DNA from: Candidatus Thermofontivivens primus
GTDB taxonomy: Bacteria; Sysuimicrobiota; Sysuimicrobiia; Sysuimicrobiales; Thermofontiviventaceae
Reading direction: 5' to 3'
Length of the DNA stretch: 36,309 nt
Assembly: GCA_031458695.1 (NCBI GenBank)
Contig: JAVKJW010000023.1
Coordinates: 1 to 36,309 of the forward strand
This document shows, piece after piece, positions 1 to 9,517 of this stretch. The notes beneath the pieces are model-generated. The model made no database searches and was not told the DNA's origin. It saw nothing but the letters and a program-made list of their open reading frames with translations. Made by a program: the position numbers and the translations under genes. Each line of letters begins with the position of its first letter. Within the stretch, counting starts at the first letter, position 1.

Positions 1-179
1 ATCCGCTGGGCCACCCTTGGCGAAAGGCCACTCTGGATGAGGGTTTCGGGCGAGGCCTCCCAGACAGCCCGCGCCGAGCCGAGGGAGTTCACCAGGTGCC
101 AGAGCTTCCGTGGGATCAACCCGGGAACCCGGCTCAGGGCAAACCAAATCGCCCGCTCCTCCCTAACTTCCCTTGCCAT
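1..179 (-). CDS. dprA: DNA-processing protein DprA, N-terminal part (runs off the window)
   Basis: Not in the ORF track. Manual translation from ATG at 179 gives MAREVREERAIWFALSRVPGLIPRKLWHLVNSLGSARAVWEASPETLIQSGLSPRVAQR, which fits the DprA N-terminal pattern. Purine-rich RBS (AAGGGGGAA). It lies directly downstream of comM, the usual neighbour. Confidence 0.8.
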   Translation of the reverse strand, partial: MAREVREERAIWFALSRVPGLIPRKLWHLVNSLGSARAVWEASPETLIQSGLSPRVAQR

Positions 180-313
180 CGTACCCGTTCCCCCTTACCT
201 CTTGAAGAGTCATCCTCTTCACGAGATGGTTGCATTGATCGTTCCGCCAAACCTGCCTCTCCAATCTCAGTAACGGCAAAAGCCTTTAACAACTTTTGCC
301 GGTGATTACTCAC

Positions 314-1852
314 TTACAGCCCTCGGGCGGCGGGGCGATCGAGACTCCTGTACTGGATGGCCTCAGCAATGTGATGGACCTGCAGCTCTTCTACACCTTC
401 CAGGTCGGCAATGGTACGGGCCAATTTGAGGATGCGGTCAAAAGCCCTGGCACTGAGGTGCAGGCGGTCGATCGCCTCCTGCAGGAGACGCCGAGTTTCT
501 TCCTGGAGGTGGCATGTCCGGCGCACCAAGCGCGGTGGCATGCTCGCGTTGGTGGTAACCCCGTATTCCCGCAGCCGTGCCTGCTGCCTCGCCCGCGCCT
601 GGATCACCCTTTCCCTGATGACCCGGGAGTCCTCCCCGGTCGCACCCTCCGCCAGCGCCAGCGCTTCCGGCCTGGGAACTTCAATGTGGAGGTCAAACCG
701 GTCAAGCAGCGGCCCTGAGATTCGCCGCCGGTACCGGTGGATTTGCATAGGGGTACAAATACACTCCTTCACAGGGTCCCCGAAAAAGCCACAGGGGCAT
801 GGATTCATGGCAGCAACAAGCATGAAACGTGCAGGGAAGGTGAGAGTCGTCTGCACCCGTGCAATGGTCACTACCCCATCCTCCAGAGGCTGCCGCAGGG
901 CTTCCAGCACATCCCGGTGGAACTCTGCCAGCTCGTCGAGGAAGAGGACGCCGTGATGGGCCAGGCTGATCTCCCCCGGGCGAGGCACCTGCCCCCCTCC
1001 CGTCATCGCCACTGCGCTCGTGGTGTGATGAGGGGAGCGGAAAGGGCGCCTGAGCAGGAGAGAGGAACCAGGGGGCAGCAACCCCGCGACACTGTAGATC
1101 TTGGTCACCTCAATGGCTTCTTCCAGCGTCAAGGGAGGGAGGATCGTAGGCAGGCGCCTGGCCAGCATCGTCTTCCCGGATCCCGGTGGGCCGATGAGGA
1201 GGATGTTGTGGCCTCCGGCTGCAGCAACCTCCATTGCCCTCCGCGCATACTCCTGTCCCCGCACCTCGCTGAAATCCACATCGTACCGTGGTTCCCCATT
1301 CGCTCCCGTATCCGCATCACACACGACCGCAGGAATGGACGTGGATCCTTCCAGGAACTGTGCGGCCTGGAGAAGGGACTTGACCGGGTATACCGCAAGA
1401 CCTCCGGCTAGAACCGCCTCTTGCACGTTCGCTTCAGGGACGAGCAGACCGCTTGCCCCCTCACCTTTGGCCGCAAGGGCGATGGCCAGGACCCCGGCGG
1501 CAGGCCGAACCGTTCCATCGAGGGAGAGCTCCCCAACTGCCATGAGGTCATCAAGACGGTTGCTTGCAATCTGTTTCGTGGCCGCGAGGATGCCCAGGGC
1601 GATCGGGAGGTCGAAGCTGGGCCCTTCCTTCCGCATGTCCGCTGGAGCCAGGTTGACGGTGATGCGCCGGGCCGGCACCTCGTAGTTACTGTTCTTGATC
1701 GCCGCCCGCACCCGCTCCTTCGCCTCGTTGACCGCTGCATCTGGGAGCCCCACGATGGTGAAACCGGGAAGACCCATGCTCACATCCACCTCGACTTCCA
1801 CGGGGTATGCATCCATTCCCAGGACCGCTGCGCTCCTTACTCTTGCCAGCAT
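314..1852 (-). CDS. comM: ComM/YifB family Mg-chelatase-like AAA+ ATPase
   Basis: Motifs IVGLPDAAVNEAKERVR, NLAPADMRKEGPSFDLPIA, Walker A GPPGSGKT, RPFRSPHH, GVLFLDE, MNPCPCG and SGPLLDRFD. Start moved to ATG 1852 (GGAGG RBS). The frame is intact. Confidence 0.95.
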   Translation of the reverse strand: MLARVRSAAVLGMDAYPVEVEVDVSMGLPGFTIVGLPDAAVNEAKERVRAAIKNSNYEVPARRITVNLAPADMRKEGPSFDLPIALGILAATKQIASNRLDDLMAVGELSLDGTVRPAAGVLAIALAAKGEGASGLLVPEANVQEAVLAGGLAVYPVKSLLQAAQFLEGSTSIPAVVCDADTGANGEPRYDVDFSEVRGQEYARRAMEVAAAGGHNILLIGPPGSGKTMLARRLPTILPPLTLEEAIEVTKIYSVAGLLPPGSSLLLRRPFRSPHHTTSAVAMTGGGQVPRPGEISLAHHGVLFLDELAEFHRDVLEALRQPLEDGVVTIARVQTTLTFPARFMLVAAMNPCPCGFFGDPVKECICTPMQIHRYRRRISGPLLDRFDLHIEVPRPEALALAEGATGEDSRVIRERVIQARARQQARLREYGVTTNASMPPRLVRRTCHLQEETRRLLQEAIDRLHLSARAFDRILKLARTIADLEGVEELQVHHIAEAIQYRSLDRPAARGL

Positions 1853-1893
1853 CTTCGCCTCCTCTGTAAGGCGAAAAATCACTTGATATTTCA

Positions 1894-1922
1894 ATTTTAC
1901 ATGTAAACAAAAAATCCTTCAA
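1894..1922 (-). promoter_or_regulatory. Putative sigma70-type promoter of comM-dprA
   Basis: TTGAAG-N17-TAAAAT on the minus strand in an AT-rich patch, overlapped by the palindrome TTTACATGTAAA (1896-1907). Confidence 0.55.
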
Positions 1923-2002
1923 GAGAGAGTGAGAACTCTCGGCCATCGACGGCCGAGGCGAAGAGGATCGACTGGCCACCGAGGGGAGGGAAAGAGCGTG
2001 GA

Positions 2003-3322
2003 TCAAAAGCTGGTCGCCGCCTCCACCGCAGCAAGGTGTTCCTGCGCGATCTCTGGCGGCTGGGAAATGCGGATGGCTTCCTTCAGGGCCTCCAAAGGAT
2101 AGATTTGGGTATGTTGAATGAACCTAGCTACACCTGCTACGGCAATCGTTTTCTTGGTGATACCCCTTCGCCCTTCCACGTCCAGCGGGATCACCCTCGC
2201 CTGCGTAGGAATGGGGAGGAGGGATGGAACGGCATGGACAGTCGCCTTCTCGCTCAATCCCGCAAGCTTCCCCCGGACCTGCCGGAGCCCCTCCTCTGCC
2301 AGGATGAGGAGGTGATCCGGCTTGGGGATTCCTGTATACAGAATTGGCTCCGGGCTCAGAAGAACTTCTGAAACAGAGTGGCCAGTCATCACCGTGACCG
2401 GATACTCATCGCGTTGCGTGGCGTACAGTCCTGAGAGCGTTGCACCCAAGCCCAAGAATCTCCCAGCCGTCCTGACCTTCTGCCCGGCGGCTCCTGCAAG
2501 TACCACCGAGAGTTTCGCCCGCAAGGCTGCAGGATACCGTGCCTCCAGACGGAGGCGCTGGAAGGGCTCCTGGTCCAGGAGATCGCGGGTAGACGCGCGG
2601 TAGGCTTTTGCATACTCCTCCCTGCGACGCTCGGCGATCACTCCTGTTGGGAGGTGAAGATCCTTGATGACCTGCTCCAGACGTGCCCGGCTGAACCGGT
2701 TGTGAGGGACGTAGTAAGCGGTGCACAGCTCCCAGATATCTACGAGGGAAAACCCATCCACTTGTATCGCCTGCGCGATCAGGTGGCTGAGCATGGGGTC
2801 GAACGCCGTGGCCCTGGCGACGAACGATGCGCCGTTTACCGCCACGGTCGCACAGATGTCCATGGGGGCTTCCAGGTTACCAAGGGAGGTCGTGGAGGTC
2901 ACCGCACCGGGAGGCGTCGTGGCAGAGTGCTCACCGCCGGTCATGCCGAAGTTCAGGTTGTTGAACACCAGCACCGTCACCCCAATGTTTCGCCGCGCAG
3001 CATGGATCAAGTGGTGGGCCCCGATGCCGCATCCGCCATCGCCGATGAGGACGATCACCAGAAGTTCAGGATTCGCCAGTTTAAGCCCTGTGGCGTAGGT
3101 GACTGCGCGGCCGTGAAGGCCATGGAAGGCGTTGGTGATGAAGTACCGGTCTGAAAGCCCGACACACCCAATATCGGTCACGATCACCACGTTCCGTGGA
3201 TCAGGTTGGAGGGCAACGAGGGCTTCGTTGAGCCTCTCCAGGACGTGTCGATGGCTGCACCCTGGGCAGAAATGGAACGGGAGGGTTCTCTCGTCAAAGT
3301 AGGTACGCAACGCCACACTCAT
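2003..3322 (-). CDS. 2-oxoacid:ferredoxin oxidoreductase, fused beta (TPP-binding) and gamma subunits
   Basis: Beta motifs FCPGC, DIGC, HGRA, GDG...NN and GMTGG, followed by gamma-type LAGAAGQKV and ATQRDEYPVTVMTGHSVSEV. ATG 3322 overlaps the alpha stop codon (ATGA). Confidence 0.85.
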   Translation of the reverse strand: MSVALRTYFDERTLPFHFCPGCSHRHVLERLNEALVALQPDPRNVVIVTDIGCVGLSDRYFITNAFHGLHGRAVTYATGLKLANPELLVIVLIGDGGCGIGAHHLIHAARRNIGVTVLVFNNLNFGMTGGEHSATTPPGAVTSTTSLGNLEAPMDICATVAVNGASFVARATAFDPMLSHLIAQAIQVDGFSLVDIWELCTAYYVPHNRFSRARLEQVIKDLHLPTGVIAERRREEYAKAYRASTRDLLDQEPFQRLRLEARYPAALRAKLSVVLAGAAGQKVRTAGRFLGLGATLSGLYATQRDEYPVTVMTGHSVSEVLLSPEPILYTGIPKPDHLLILAEEGLRQVRGKLAGLSEKATVHAVPSLLPIPTQARVIPLDVEGRRGITKKTIAVAGVARFIQHTQIYPLEALKEAIRISQPPEIAQEHLAAVEAATSF

Positions 3323-4437
3323 AGAATTCCTCCCACCTTTAGGATCTCCTGAGGGGTGATGAGCTCTCCATCCACCCGGTGGACTCCCACAACCTCGCAT
3401 CCTCCGGCAATCCGCTCGATCTCCCGCCGATACAGCCCCAGGTTCAGCTCGGCCACCACAACGCGCCGGATCTCCTGCAAAGCCCTCCTCAAAGCGCGTA
3501 CAGGGACGGGCCACAGGGTATGGACAATGGCCAGGGAGACCTTGATTCCCTCCTCCCGCGCGAGCTTCACCGCCTCCCGCGCTGAGCGTGCCGTCACCCC
3601 GTAACTCAAGATGAGCGTACTCGCACCTCGTTGCAGGTCGGTAGCCACCATGCCGATCTCATCTGCATGCGCTTCGACCTTGGCCGCAAGGTGCCTGTTT
3701 AACCGGTCCACCTTCTCTGGGTCCTTGGTCAAGTAGCCCCATTCATCGTGGGTCGAGGAGGTGAACCGGAGGATGTGCGGGCCTCCTATCGGGGACATGG
3801 GCGGGACATCCGCCAATTGCTCCACATGGTAAGGAATGAAAGGGATGTGAGGAGATGCGTACCGCCGCGGGACGACAGGGATGGGACGGAAAACATCTTC
3901 CTCCACAACCTCCGCCGTCGCCACCACCTCCTTGTCCGCGAGGAGGAAGACTGGGACCCGGAAACGTTCGGCGAGGTTGAATGCCTCTATGGTGAGCGAG
4001 AAGCAATCTGCCACACCAGTCGGGCACAGGGCGATGATGGGATATCCACCGGACGTCCCCCAGCGTACGAACTGGATGTCGCCCTGGGCGACGGTGGTGG
4101 CACCTCCAGTAGCCGGGCCGAGGCGCTGGCAGTCCACGATCACCATGGGGACCTCTCCCATGATGGCAAGCCCGATGTGCTCGCTCGACAAGCTGATCCC
4201 TGGCCCGCTCGTCGCGGTCATGACTTTTGCCCCAGCCATGGCCGCCCCGATGCAGAAGCCCATGGCAGAGATCTCGTCTTCGGCCTGGATGGCAACTCCA
4301 CCGACCTTCGGGAGCTCCCGAACCATGTGCAGCAGGATCGGAGTGGCAGGGGAGATAGGATACCCAGCGAAGAAGGTACACCCGGCAGCGATCGCCCCAC
4401 GCGCAATCGCCTCCGCGCCATCTACGAACTCCCTCAA
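3319..4437 (-). CDS. 2-oxoacid:ferredoxin oxidoreductase alpha subunit
   Basis: Motifs GAEAIARGA, FFAGYPISP, QAEDEISA, TATSGPG, QRLGPATG and VVAELNLG. TTG start at 4437 follows a GGGGAGGGG RBS. Confidence 0.9.
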   Translation of the reverse strand: MREFVDGAEAIARGAIAAGCTFFAGYPISPATPILLHMVRELPKVGGVAIQAEDEISAMGFCIGAAMAGAKVMTATSGPGISLSSEHIGLAIMGEVPMVIVDCQRLGPATGGATTVAQGDIQFVRWGTSGGYPIIALCPTGVADCFSLTIEAFNLAERFRVPVFLLADKEVVATAEVVEEDVFRPIPVVPRRYASPHIPFIPYHVEQLADVPPMSPIGGPHILRFTSSTHDEWGYLTKDPEKVDRLNRHLAAKVEAHADEIGMVATDLQRGASTLILSYGVTARSAREAVKLAREEGIKVSLAIVHTLWPVPVRALRRALQEIRRVVVAELNLGLYRREIERIAGGCEVVGVHRVDGELITPQEILKVGGIL

Positions 4438-4458
4438 GTTTACCCCTCCCCTAGGTCC

Positions 4459-4538
4459 CTGGAGAGATCCCGTGCGCACAACGTGGGATCCCCACACAGT
4501 GCGAGCATCTCGTGGGGCACACCATGCGCACTCTCCAG
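4459..4538. repeat. Nested palindromic (REP-like) element, copy 1
   Basis: Inner CCCCAC...GTGGGG stem whose core resembles the element at 26733-26773. Outer arms are CTGGAGAG..GTGCGCA and TGCGCAC-TCTCCAG. Confidence 0.6.
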
Positions 4539-4682
4539 CGCAATCTTGTCAAGAGACTCCGCTGGGGCTCCTTTGCTCCATTTGATGCTGGGCGTAAAAT
4601 GTCCTCCTCTATCTCGGTAGCCTGGAGAGGGTGGAAAGGGGAGAGGTGACAACCAATCCGGAGGCCTCTCCTCCCGTGGTCC

Positions 4683-5633
4683 TTAGGCCCGGACCTCCTG
4701 CCGCTGGAATTGCACGTAGGTAATGGCAAAGAGGATGAGCACCACCGAGACCAACCCCGTGAGCTGGGGCCACACGAGGAGGAGGCTTTGGGAGAGGGGG
4801 AGAGGAGTCCCTAACACTGCTCCCTCCAACTGAGTCACCAGCACAGGCCCGAGGGAGCGCACCTCGGGGTTCAGCAAACTCAGGATCGTCTCGGCATAGA
4901 GGGTATTGGGCGAAAGTCGGGAAAGGAGCATGCGAAGCTGTACCTGGGCAATCTCCGCGAACGGGTTATCGGCAGGGCGAAGGACCTGGGCCAGGAGATC
5001 TACGAGGATGTTCCAGAATACCGCAAAGAACAACCAAACTGCAATCGCGGCAAGCGCCGAGGTGGCCGGCTGGCGGAAGAGGACAGAGAACAAAATCGCC
5101 AGGGCCAGCCAGATCCCCGCGTATGCCAGCGTAACCAAGAGAAAGAGAAGCCCCCTGCCGACCTCCTCCCCTCCCGGGATGACCCCCAGGCGGAAGATCC
5201 CCAGGCCGGTCACCAGAAGCCACAGGGCCAGCAGGGTAACAGCGAGAGTGAATAGCCCAGCAAGGAACTTTCCAAAGAGGAGGGCGTCCCGGTAGATGGG
5301 CTGCGCCAGGATCCGGCTTAAGGTGCGCCTGTTATACTCGCCGTTGATGGCGTCGAATCCCAGGGCGATGGCGGTGAGGGGGATCAGAAAGCCGAGAAAA
5401 GCCACGAAGGAGTAAGGAAGAGGATCCTGGGCCGTCGTGAAGATCCGGAGGTAGAGGAAGGGGTCCTCGCCCACAGTCTGGCGCAGGCTCGCAATGGCCA
5501 CATATACCGTCCCCACGGCCGTGAGGATGATCAGCCCCTCCAGAAGCCGCATGCGCACGCTGGAGAGGTGATCCGCCATCTCCTTCAGGACCACGGCCCA
5601 TAACCCTGTCCATGGGGAGCCCTCACGCCTCAT
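4683..5633 (-). CDS. ABC-2 type transporter permease
   Basis: Multiple TM segments and the motif [34 protein letters not shown] 5633 overlaps the end of the ATPase gene. Confidence 0.9.
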   Translation of the reverse strand: MRREGSPWTGLWAVVLKEMADHLSSVRMRLLEGLIILTAVGTVYVAIASLRQTVGEDPFLYLRIFTTAQDPLPYSFVAFLGFLIPLTAIALGFDAINGEYNRRTLSRILAQPIYRDALLFGKFLAGLFTLAVTLLALWLLVTGLGIFRLGVIPGGEEVGRGLLFLLVTLAYAGIWLALAILFSVLFRQPATSALAAIAVWLFFAVFWNILVDLLAQVLRPADNPFAEIAQVQLRMLLSRLSPNTLYAETILSLLNPEVRSLGPVLVTQLEGAVLGTPLPLSQSLLLVWPQLTGLVSVVLILFAITYVQFQRQEVRA

Positions 5634-6558
5634 GGCGCACCTCCTGGAAGTACCGGTTGTACACCTCATCCAGGCTGAGCTGTTCCAACGTCAAGCTCAG
5701 GAGCTTCCCTCCCCCCGCTACGACCTGGCGCGCGACCTCGTCCCGACAGTCTGACCTCGCGTCGAGGAGATACAGATGCGGATGCTCCCGCGTTACCTTC
5801 ACTACGTCCGGGACCTGGGAGAGAGCCTCCTCCAACCCGTCCCCTGCCGCCTCAAGGCGGATCCGGTAGGCTACATCCAGCACGCGCCTTGAGAGCTCCT
5901 CCACAGTCCCCTCCAGGACCATCCGTCCCCTGTAGAAGAGCCCTACCCTGTCGCAGATGGCCTGGACCTGATGCAACAGGTGGGAGGAGAGAAGAACGGT
6001 GATGCCATCGGCCTTCAATCCCCTGACGAGGTCCAGGAACTCTAGGGCGGCGTGCGGGTCCAGGCCCGCAGTGGGTTCATCCAGAATAGCCAGCTGGGGA
6101 CGTTTGAGCAATACTTCGGCCAAACCAAGCCTTTGACGCATCCCGCGGGAGTACGTGCCCACCGGACGGTCAGCAACCTCCCATAGCCCCATCCTTGTCA
6201 GAACTTCTCGGATCCTGGCGGTTGCTTCCTGACCATAGATCCCGTTCAGGTGGGCAATGTAGCGCAGGTTCTCCCGCGCCGTGAGCTCGTCGTAGAATCC
6301 CACGGACTCCGGCAGGTACCCGACCCTGCGCTTGACCTCCAGGGGCTGCCGGACAGGGTCGAATCCGAGCACGCGGACTTCGCCCGCGCTCGGCTCCGTG
6401 AGGCCCAGCAGCATAAGGATCGTAGTGGTCTTCCCAGAGCCGTTCGGGCCGAGCAGGCCGAAGACTTCCCCTTGCCGGATCACCAGGTTGAGCCCCTCTA
6501 CGGCCACCACCTGGCCATACCGCTTGGTGAGATCCCGCGTCTCAATGACGATGCTCAT
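5623..6558 (-). CDS. ABC transporter ATP-binding protein
   Basis: Walker A GPNGSGKT, signature YSRGMRQR, Walker B ILDEP and the SSH switch. ATG 6558 forms an ATGA overlap with the upstream gene. Confidence 0.95.
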   Translation of the reverse strand: MSIVIETRDLTKRYGQVVAVEGLNLVIRQGEVFGLLGPNGSGKTTTILMLLGLTEPSAGEVRVLGFDPVRQPLEVKRRVGYLPESVGFYDELTARENLRYIAHLNGIYGQEATARIREVLTRMGLWEVADRPVGTYSRGMRQRLGLAEVLLKRPQLAILDEPTAGLDPHAALEFLDLVRGLKADGITVLLSSHLLHQVQAICDRVGLFYRGRMVLEGTVEELSRRVLDVAYRIRLEAAGDGLEEALSQVPDVVKVTREHPHLYLLDARSDCRDEVARQVVAGGGKLLSLTLEQLSLDEVYNRYFQEVRHEA

Positions 6559-7718
6559 CGCCGGCCGTACCGCGAAACCGCCAAGCCCACCACGCCGAGG
6601 GATACAGCTACCAGGAGGATCCCGGCGATGCCCCACAGCGTCGAGGTCAGGACGGTCACCCGAAAGTCCACGGAAGTGGTGTTGTCCCCACTCGTTGCCC
6701 GCAGGGTAACCATGTAGTCCCCGGCCACGGCTTTGTCAGCGGGTTTGATGCTGACCGTAGCCTCCCTCTGGCCATTCGCCGGGATCTCGGCAATTCGTTG
6801 CGGATCAAACTTGACCTCCCACCCGGTGGGCTCGAAGGCGGAGAGTTCCACATTTCGTGCTGGTGCTGTGCCCTGGTTCTTAATCACGAGTTTCACCGGG
6901 GTGCTCCGTCCGGCATATGCCCTGCCTGACAGCCTCCCCTCGGGGGTGGTGATGGAAAGTTCGGGCCTCCCGGTCACCTCAAGACCGAGCCTCACCTGCG
7001 CCCTCGCACCACCTCCTGCAGCGACCACCATCAAGTCATATCGGCCCGCCTGGAGATCGCTTGGAAGGCTGACCTCCGCATCCAGATCGCGGGACTCCCC
7101 TGCCTTGATGGGAAGGCTCGTGACCTGCTGGCTGCCGAACGCAGGGGTGAAGGAGACCTGGAATCCTTTCGGTGCCTGGGCTTCTAAGTTCACCAGGAGA
7201 TCCACATCACTCTCGTTCTTGAGCGTGAGCCGGTACCGGAAGCTCGATGTGGCTGGACCTCGCAACACAGGAAGCTCTGCCTGGAGGGTAAGACGTGGAG
7301 GAAGGAGCTCCCCGATGGTGAGCGCGAGAGGGAGTTCTGCTTTGGCGTTTTGCCCTTGCGCGAGGAGGCGGAACCTGTAGGTTGCCCGCCGGATATTCCT
7401 CGGAGGCTCGATACGTAGGCTCACCGTGGCTTCCTGATCAGGGCCTACATAGACCGACCCTACTGGCCTCCCACCGCCGAGGAACGTCGCCTTCCACCCA
7501 CGTGGGGCTTCCAGGACCCGCAACAAGACCACTTGAGGAGGGAGCTTGTGGTTCCGGACGGTGAGGGTCAGCGTCACCGTCTCGCCGGCCCGAATTGTCT
7601 GATCGGGATAAGGCGTGGAAAAGGAGAGTCCGCGGAACTCCTGAGCAGGAGAAGGTGAGAGCGAAAACCATAGAAGGACTAAGCATACAGCAATTCCCAC
7701 CGTCGTGCATCGCTTCAT
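6555..7718 (-). CDS. Membrane-anchored protein with three Ig-like (NEW3/COG1470-like) repeats
   Basis: N-terminal signal peptide, three repeats of L-x-x-x-N...P-x-G-[WF]-x-x-x-F, and a C-terminal TM helix with a basic tail (YGRR). ATG 7718 with GGAGGG RBS. Confidence 0.8.
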   Translation of the reverse strand: MKRCTTVGIAVCLVLLWFSLSPSPAQEFRGLSFSTPYPDQTIRAGETVTLTLTVRNHKLPPQVVLLRVLEAPRGWKATFLGGGRPVGSVYVGPDQEATVSLRIEPPRNIRRATYRFRLLAQGQNAKAELPLALTIGELLPPRLTLQAELPVLRGPATSSFRYRLTLKNESDVDLLVNLEAQAPKGFQVSFTPAFGSQQVTSLPIKAGESRDLDAEVSLPSDLQAGRYDLMVVAAGGGARAQVRLGLEVTGRPELSITTPEGRLSGRAYAGRSTPVKLVIKNQGTAPARNVELSAFEPTGWEVKFDPQRIAEIPANGQREATVSIKPADKAVAGDYMVTLRATSGDNTTSVDFRVTVLTSTLWGIAGILLVAVSLGVVGLAVSRYGRR

Positions 7719-7861
7719 GGTCCACCCTCCACAGCGCAAGATTTTGACGGTCTCAGACCTCCTTTCGGGCGTTCCGGCCCAAGCAAACGACAAGCGGCCT
7801 CTCCACGGTGAATGAATCCAGGCTCGACTCACACACCTTGCATCCAGGCCGCTGCTATATT

Positions 7862-7890
7862 AAGGTACTACAGCTTGAGGTTCATGGCAA
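7862..7890 (-). promoter_or_regulatory. Putative sigma70-type promoter of the NEW3-ABC operon
   Basis: TTGCCA-N17-TACCTT on the minus strand. Confidence 0.45.
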
Positions 7891-8094
7891 GAGCGCAAGC
7901 CCTTCCGCTTCCTAGATGTCCATGACAGAAGCAGGCCCAACGAGTTTTGCAGATTCCGCGCGTCACCCTCCTCTTGCACCTCATTCAAAGTGCATGGCAT
8001 GTTGGGAGAGCCCCGTGTGTGGAAGCCGTAACAGGATTGAGATGTTCCTTAGAGAAAGCGAAGGAGAAGAGGAAGTGGTTCCAGCGACCTTCCC

Positions 8095-8799
8095 TCACAT
8101 CCCGAGGTAGGCCCGTCGGACGTACTCGTTCTCCTGCAGCTCCCTCGCTGGGCCGGAGAGGGTAACCCTCCCTACCTCCAGGACGTATGCCCGGTGGGCG
8201 ATCTCAAGCGCCCTTGAGGCATTCTGCTCGACGAGGAGGATGGTCCTTCCGAGGCGGTTCAGGTTCAGGATCACCTCGAAGAGCATATCGATGACCTTTG
8301 GGGCGAGGCCCAGGGACGGTTCATCAAGAAGTAAGAGCTTGGGATTGGACATGAGGCCCCGCGCGATGGCCAACATCTGCTGCTCCCCACCGGAAAGAGT
8401 CCCGGCACGCTGCCCCCTGCGCTGGAAGAGAATGGGGAAAATCTGGTAGACGTGGTCGAATGCCTCCCTCACCTGGTGCCAGTCCTGGAGGAGGAAAGCG
8501 CCCATGCGCAAGTTCTCTTCCACGGTAAGTTGATCGAAGATACGACGCCCCTCGGGAACATGTGCAATCCCCCTGCGCGCGATCGCATGTGGCGGGAGCC
8601 GGTCAATGCGTGTGTTCTCGAACCAGATCCTCCCAGCAATGGGCGCAAGCAGCCCTGAAATCGTACGCAGGATCGTCGTCTTCCCTGCGCCGTTTGCGCC
8701 GATTACGCAAACGATTTCACCCTGCTCCAGGCGGAGGGAGATGTCGTAGAGGACCTGGACCCCGTCGTAAGCTGCAGAGACTTCCTCAAGAACGAGCAC
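8095..8799 (-). CDS. livF: Liv-type (HAAT) ABC transporter ATPase, LivF-like
   Basis: Motifs GANGAGKT, HVPEGRRIF, LSGGEQQMLAIAR and LLDEPSLGLAP. GTG start at 8799 after GGGGAGAGG. Confidence 0.92.
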   Translation of the reverse strand: MLVLEEVSAAYDGVQVLYDISLRLEQGEIVCVIGANGAGKTTILRTISGLLAPIAGRIWFENTRIDRLPPHAIARRGIAHVPEGRRIFDQLTVEENLRMGAFLLQDWHQVREAFDHVYQIFPILFQRRGQRAGTLSGGEQQMLAIARGLMSNPKLLLLDEPSLGLAPKVIDMLFEVILNLNRLGRTILLVEQNASRALEIAHRAYVLEVGRVTLSGPARELQENEYVRRAYLGM

Positions 8800-9517
8800 G
8801 GAACCTCTCCCCCAAATAGGCTTCAATCACTGCAGGATTGCGGACGATCCGGTCCGGAGTATCCTCCGCGATCTTCCTTCCAAAGTTGAGGACGATGACC
8901 CACTCGCACAGAGGGAGAACCGCTTCCATCACGTGCTCCACCATGAACACTGTAATCCCGCGTGCGCGGATTGCCCGGATGAGCTCCATGGCTCCCAGTA
9001 CTTCCGTAGGATTCAATCCGGCGATTACCTCATCGAGGAGGAGCAGGCGCGGGCCAGTAGAGAGCGCCCGTGCGACTTCTAAGCGCTTCCTGTCTGCCGT
9101 GGTCAGGTTGGCGGCGAGCTCATCCCGTTTCTCCTTAAGACCTGTAAACTCAAGAACCTCCAAGGCGAGGCGAGAGGCTTCCCCAAGGCTCCTCGTGCGG
9201 GAGAACGCGCCGACCATTACGTTCTCCAGCACGGTCATCCTTGTAAAGGGCGCCGGAATCTGGAATGATCTCCCGATACCCAATCGGGCGATCCATGAAG
9301 GGCGCAGGGAGGTGATCTCACGCCCTGCGAATCGGATGGAGCCCGCATCCGGACGCAACAAGCCAGAGATCAGATTGAAGCATGTCGTCTTGCCGCTCCC
9401 GTTGGGGCCAATCAGGCCTGTGATGCTCCCCTCCTGGACAACAAAGGAGAGATCATCAACGGCTTGGACACCCCCGAAAGACTTTTTCAGATTCTCCACT
9501 TCCAGCAACATATCCAT
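8786..9517 (-). CDS. livG: Liv-type ABC transporter ATPase, LivG-like
   Basis: Motifs [31 protein letters not shown] and VIEAYLG. Confidence 0.92.
   Translation of the reverse strand: MDMLLEVENLKKSFGGVQAVDDLSFVVQEGSITGLIGPNGSGKTTCFNLISGLLRPDAGSIRFAGREITSLRPSWIARLGIGRSFQIPAPFTRMTVLENVMVGAFSRTRSLGEASRLALEVLEFTGLKEKRDELAANLTTADRKRLEVARALSTGPRLLLLDEVIAGLNPTEVLGAMELIRAIRARGITVFMVEHVMEAVLPLCEWVIVLNFGRKIAEDTPDRIVRNPAVIEAYLGERFRARS

Noticed and set aside
4344..4352. TGGCAGGGG match to the tRNA-Trp 3' end as a possible att site
   Set aside because: It is only 9 bp, lies inside an intact CDS, and no integrase is present, so chance is the likely explanation.
4438..4682. Missing ferredoxin (delta) subunit gene upstream of the alpha subunit
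   Set aside because: The ORFs here have no CxxCxxC motif, and the space is partly occupied by a palindromic element.
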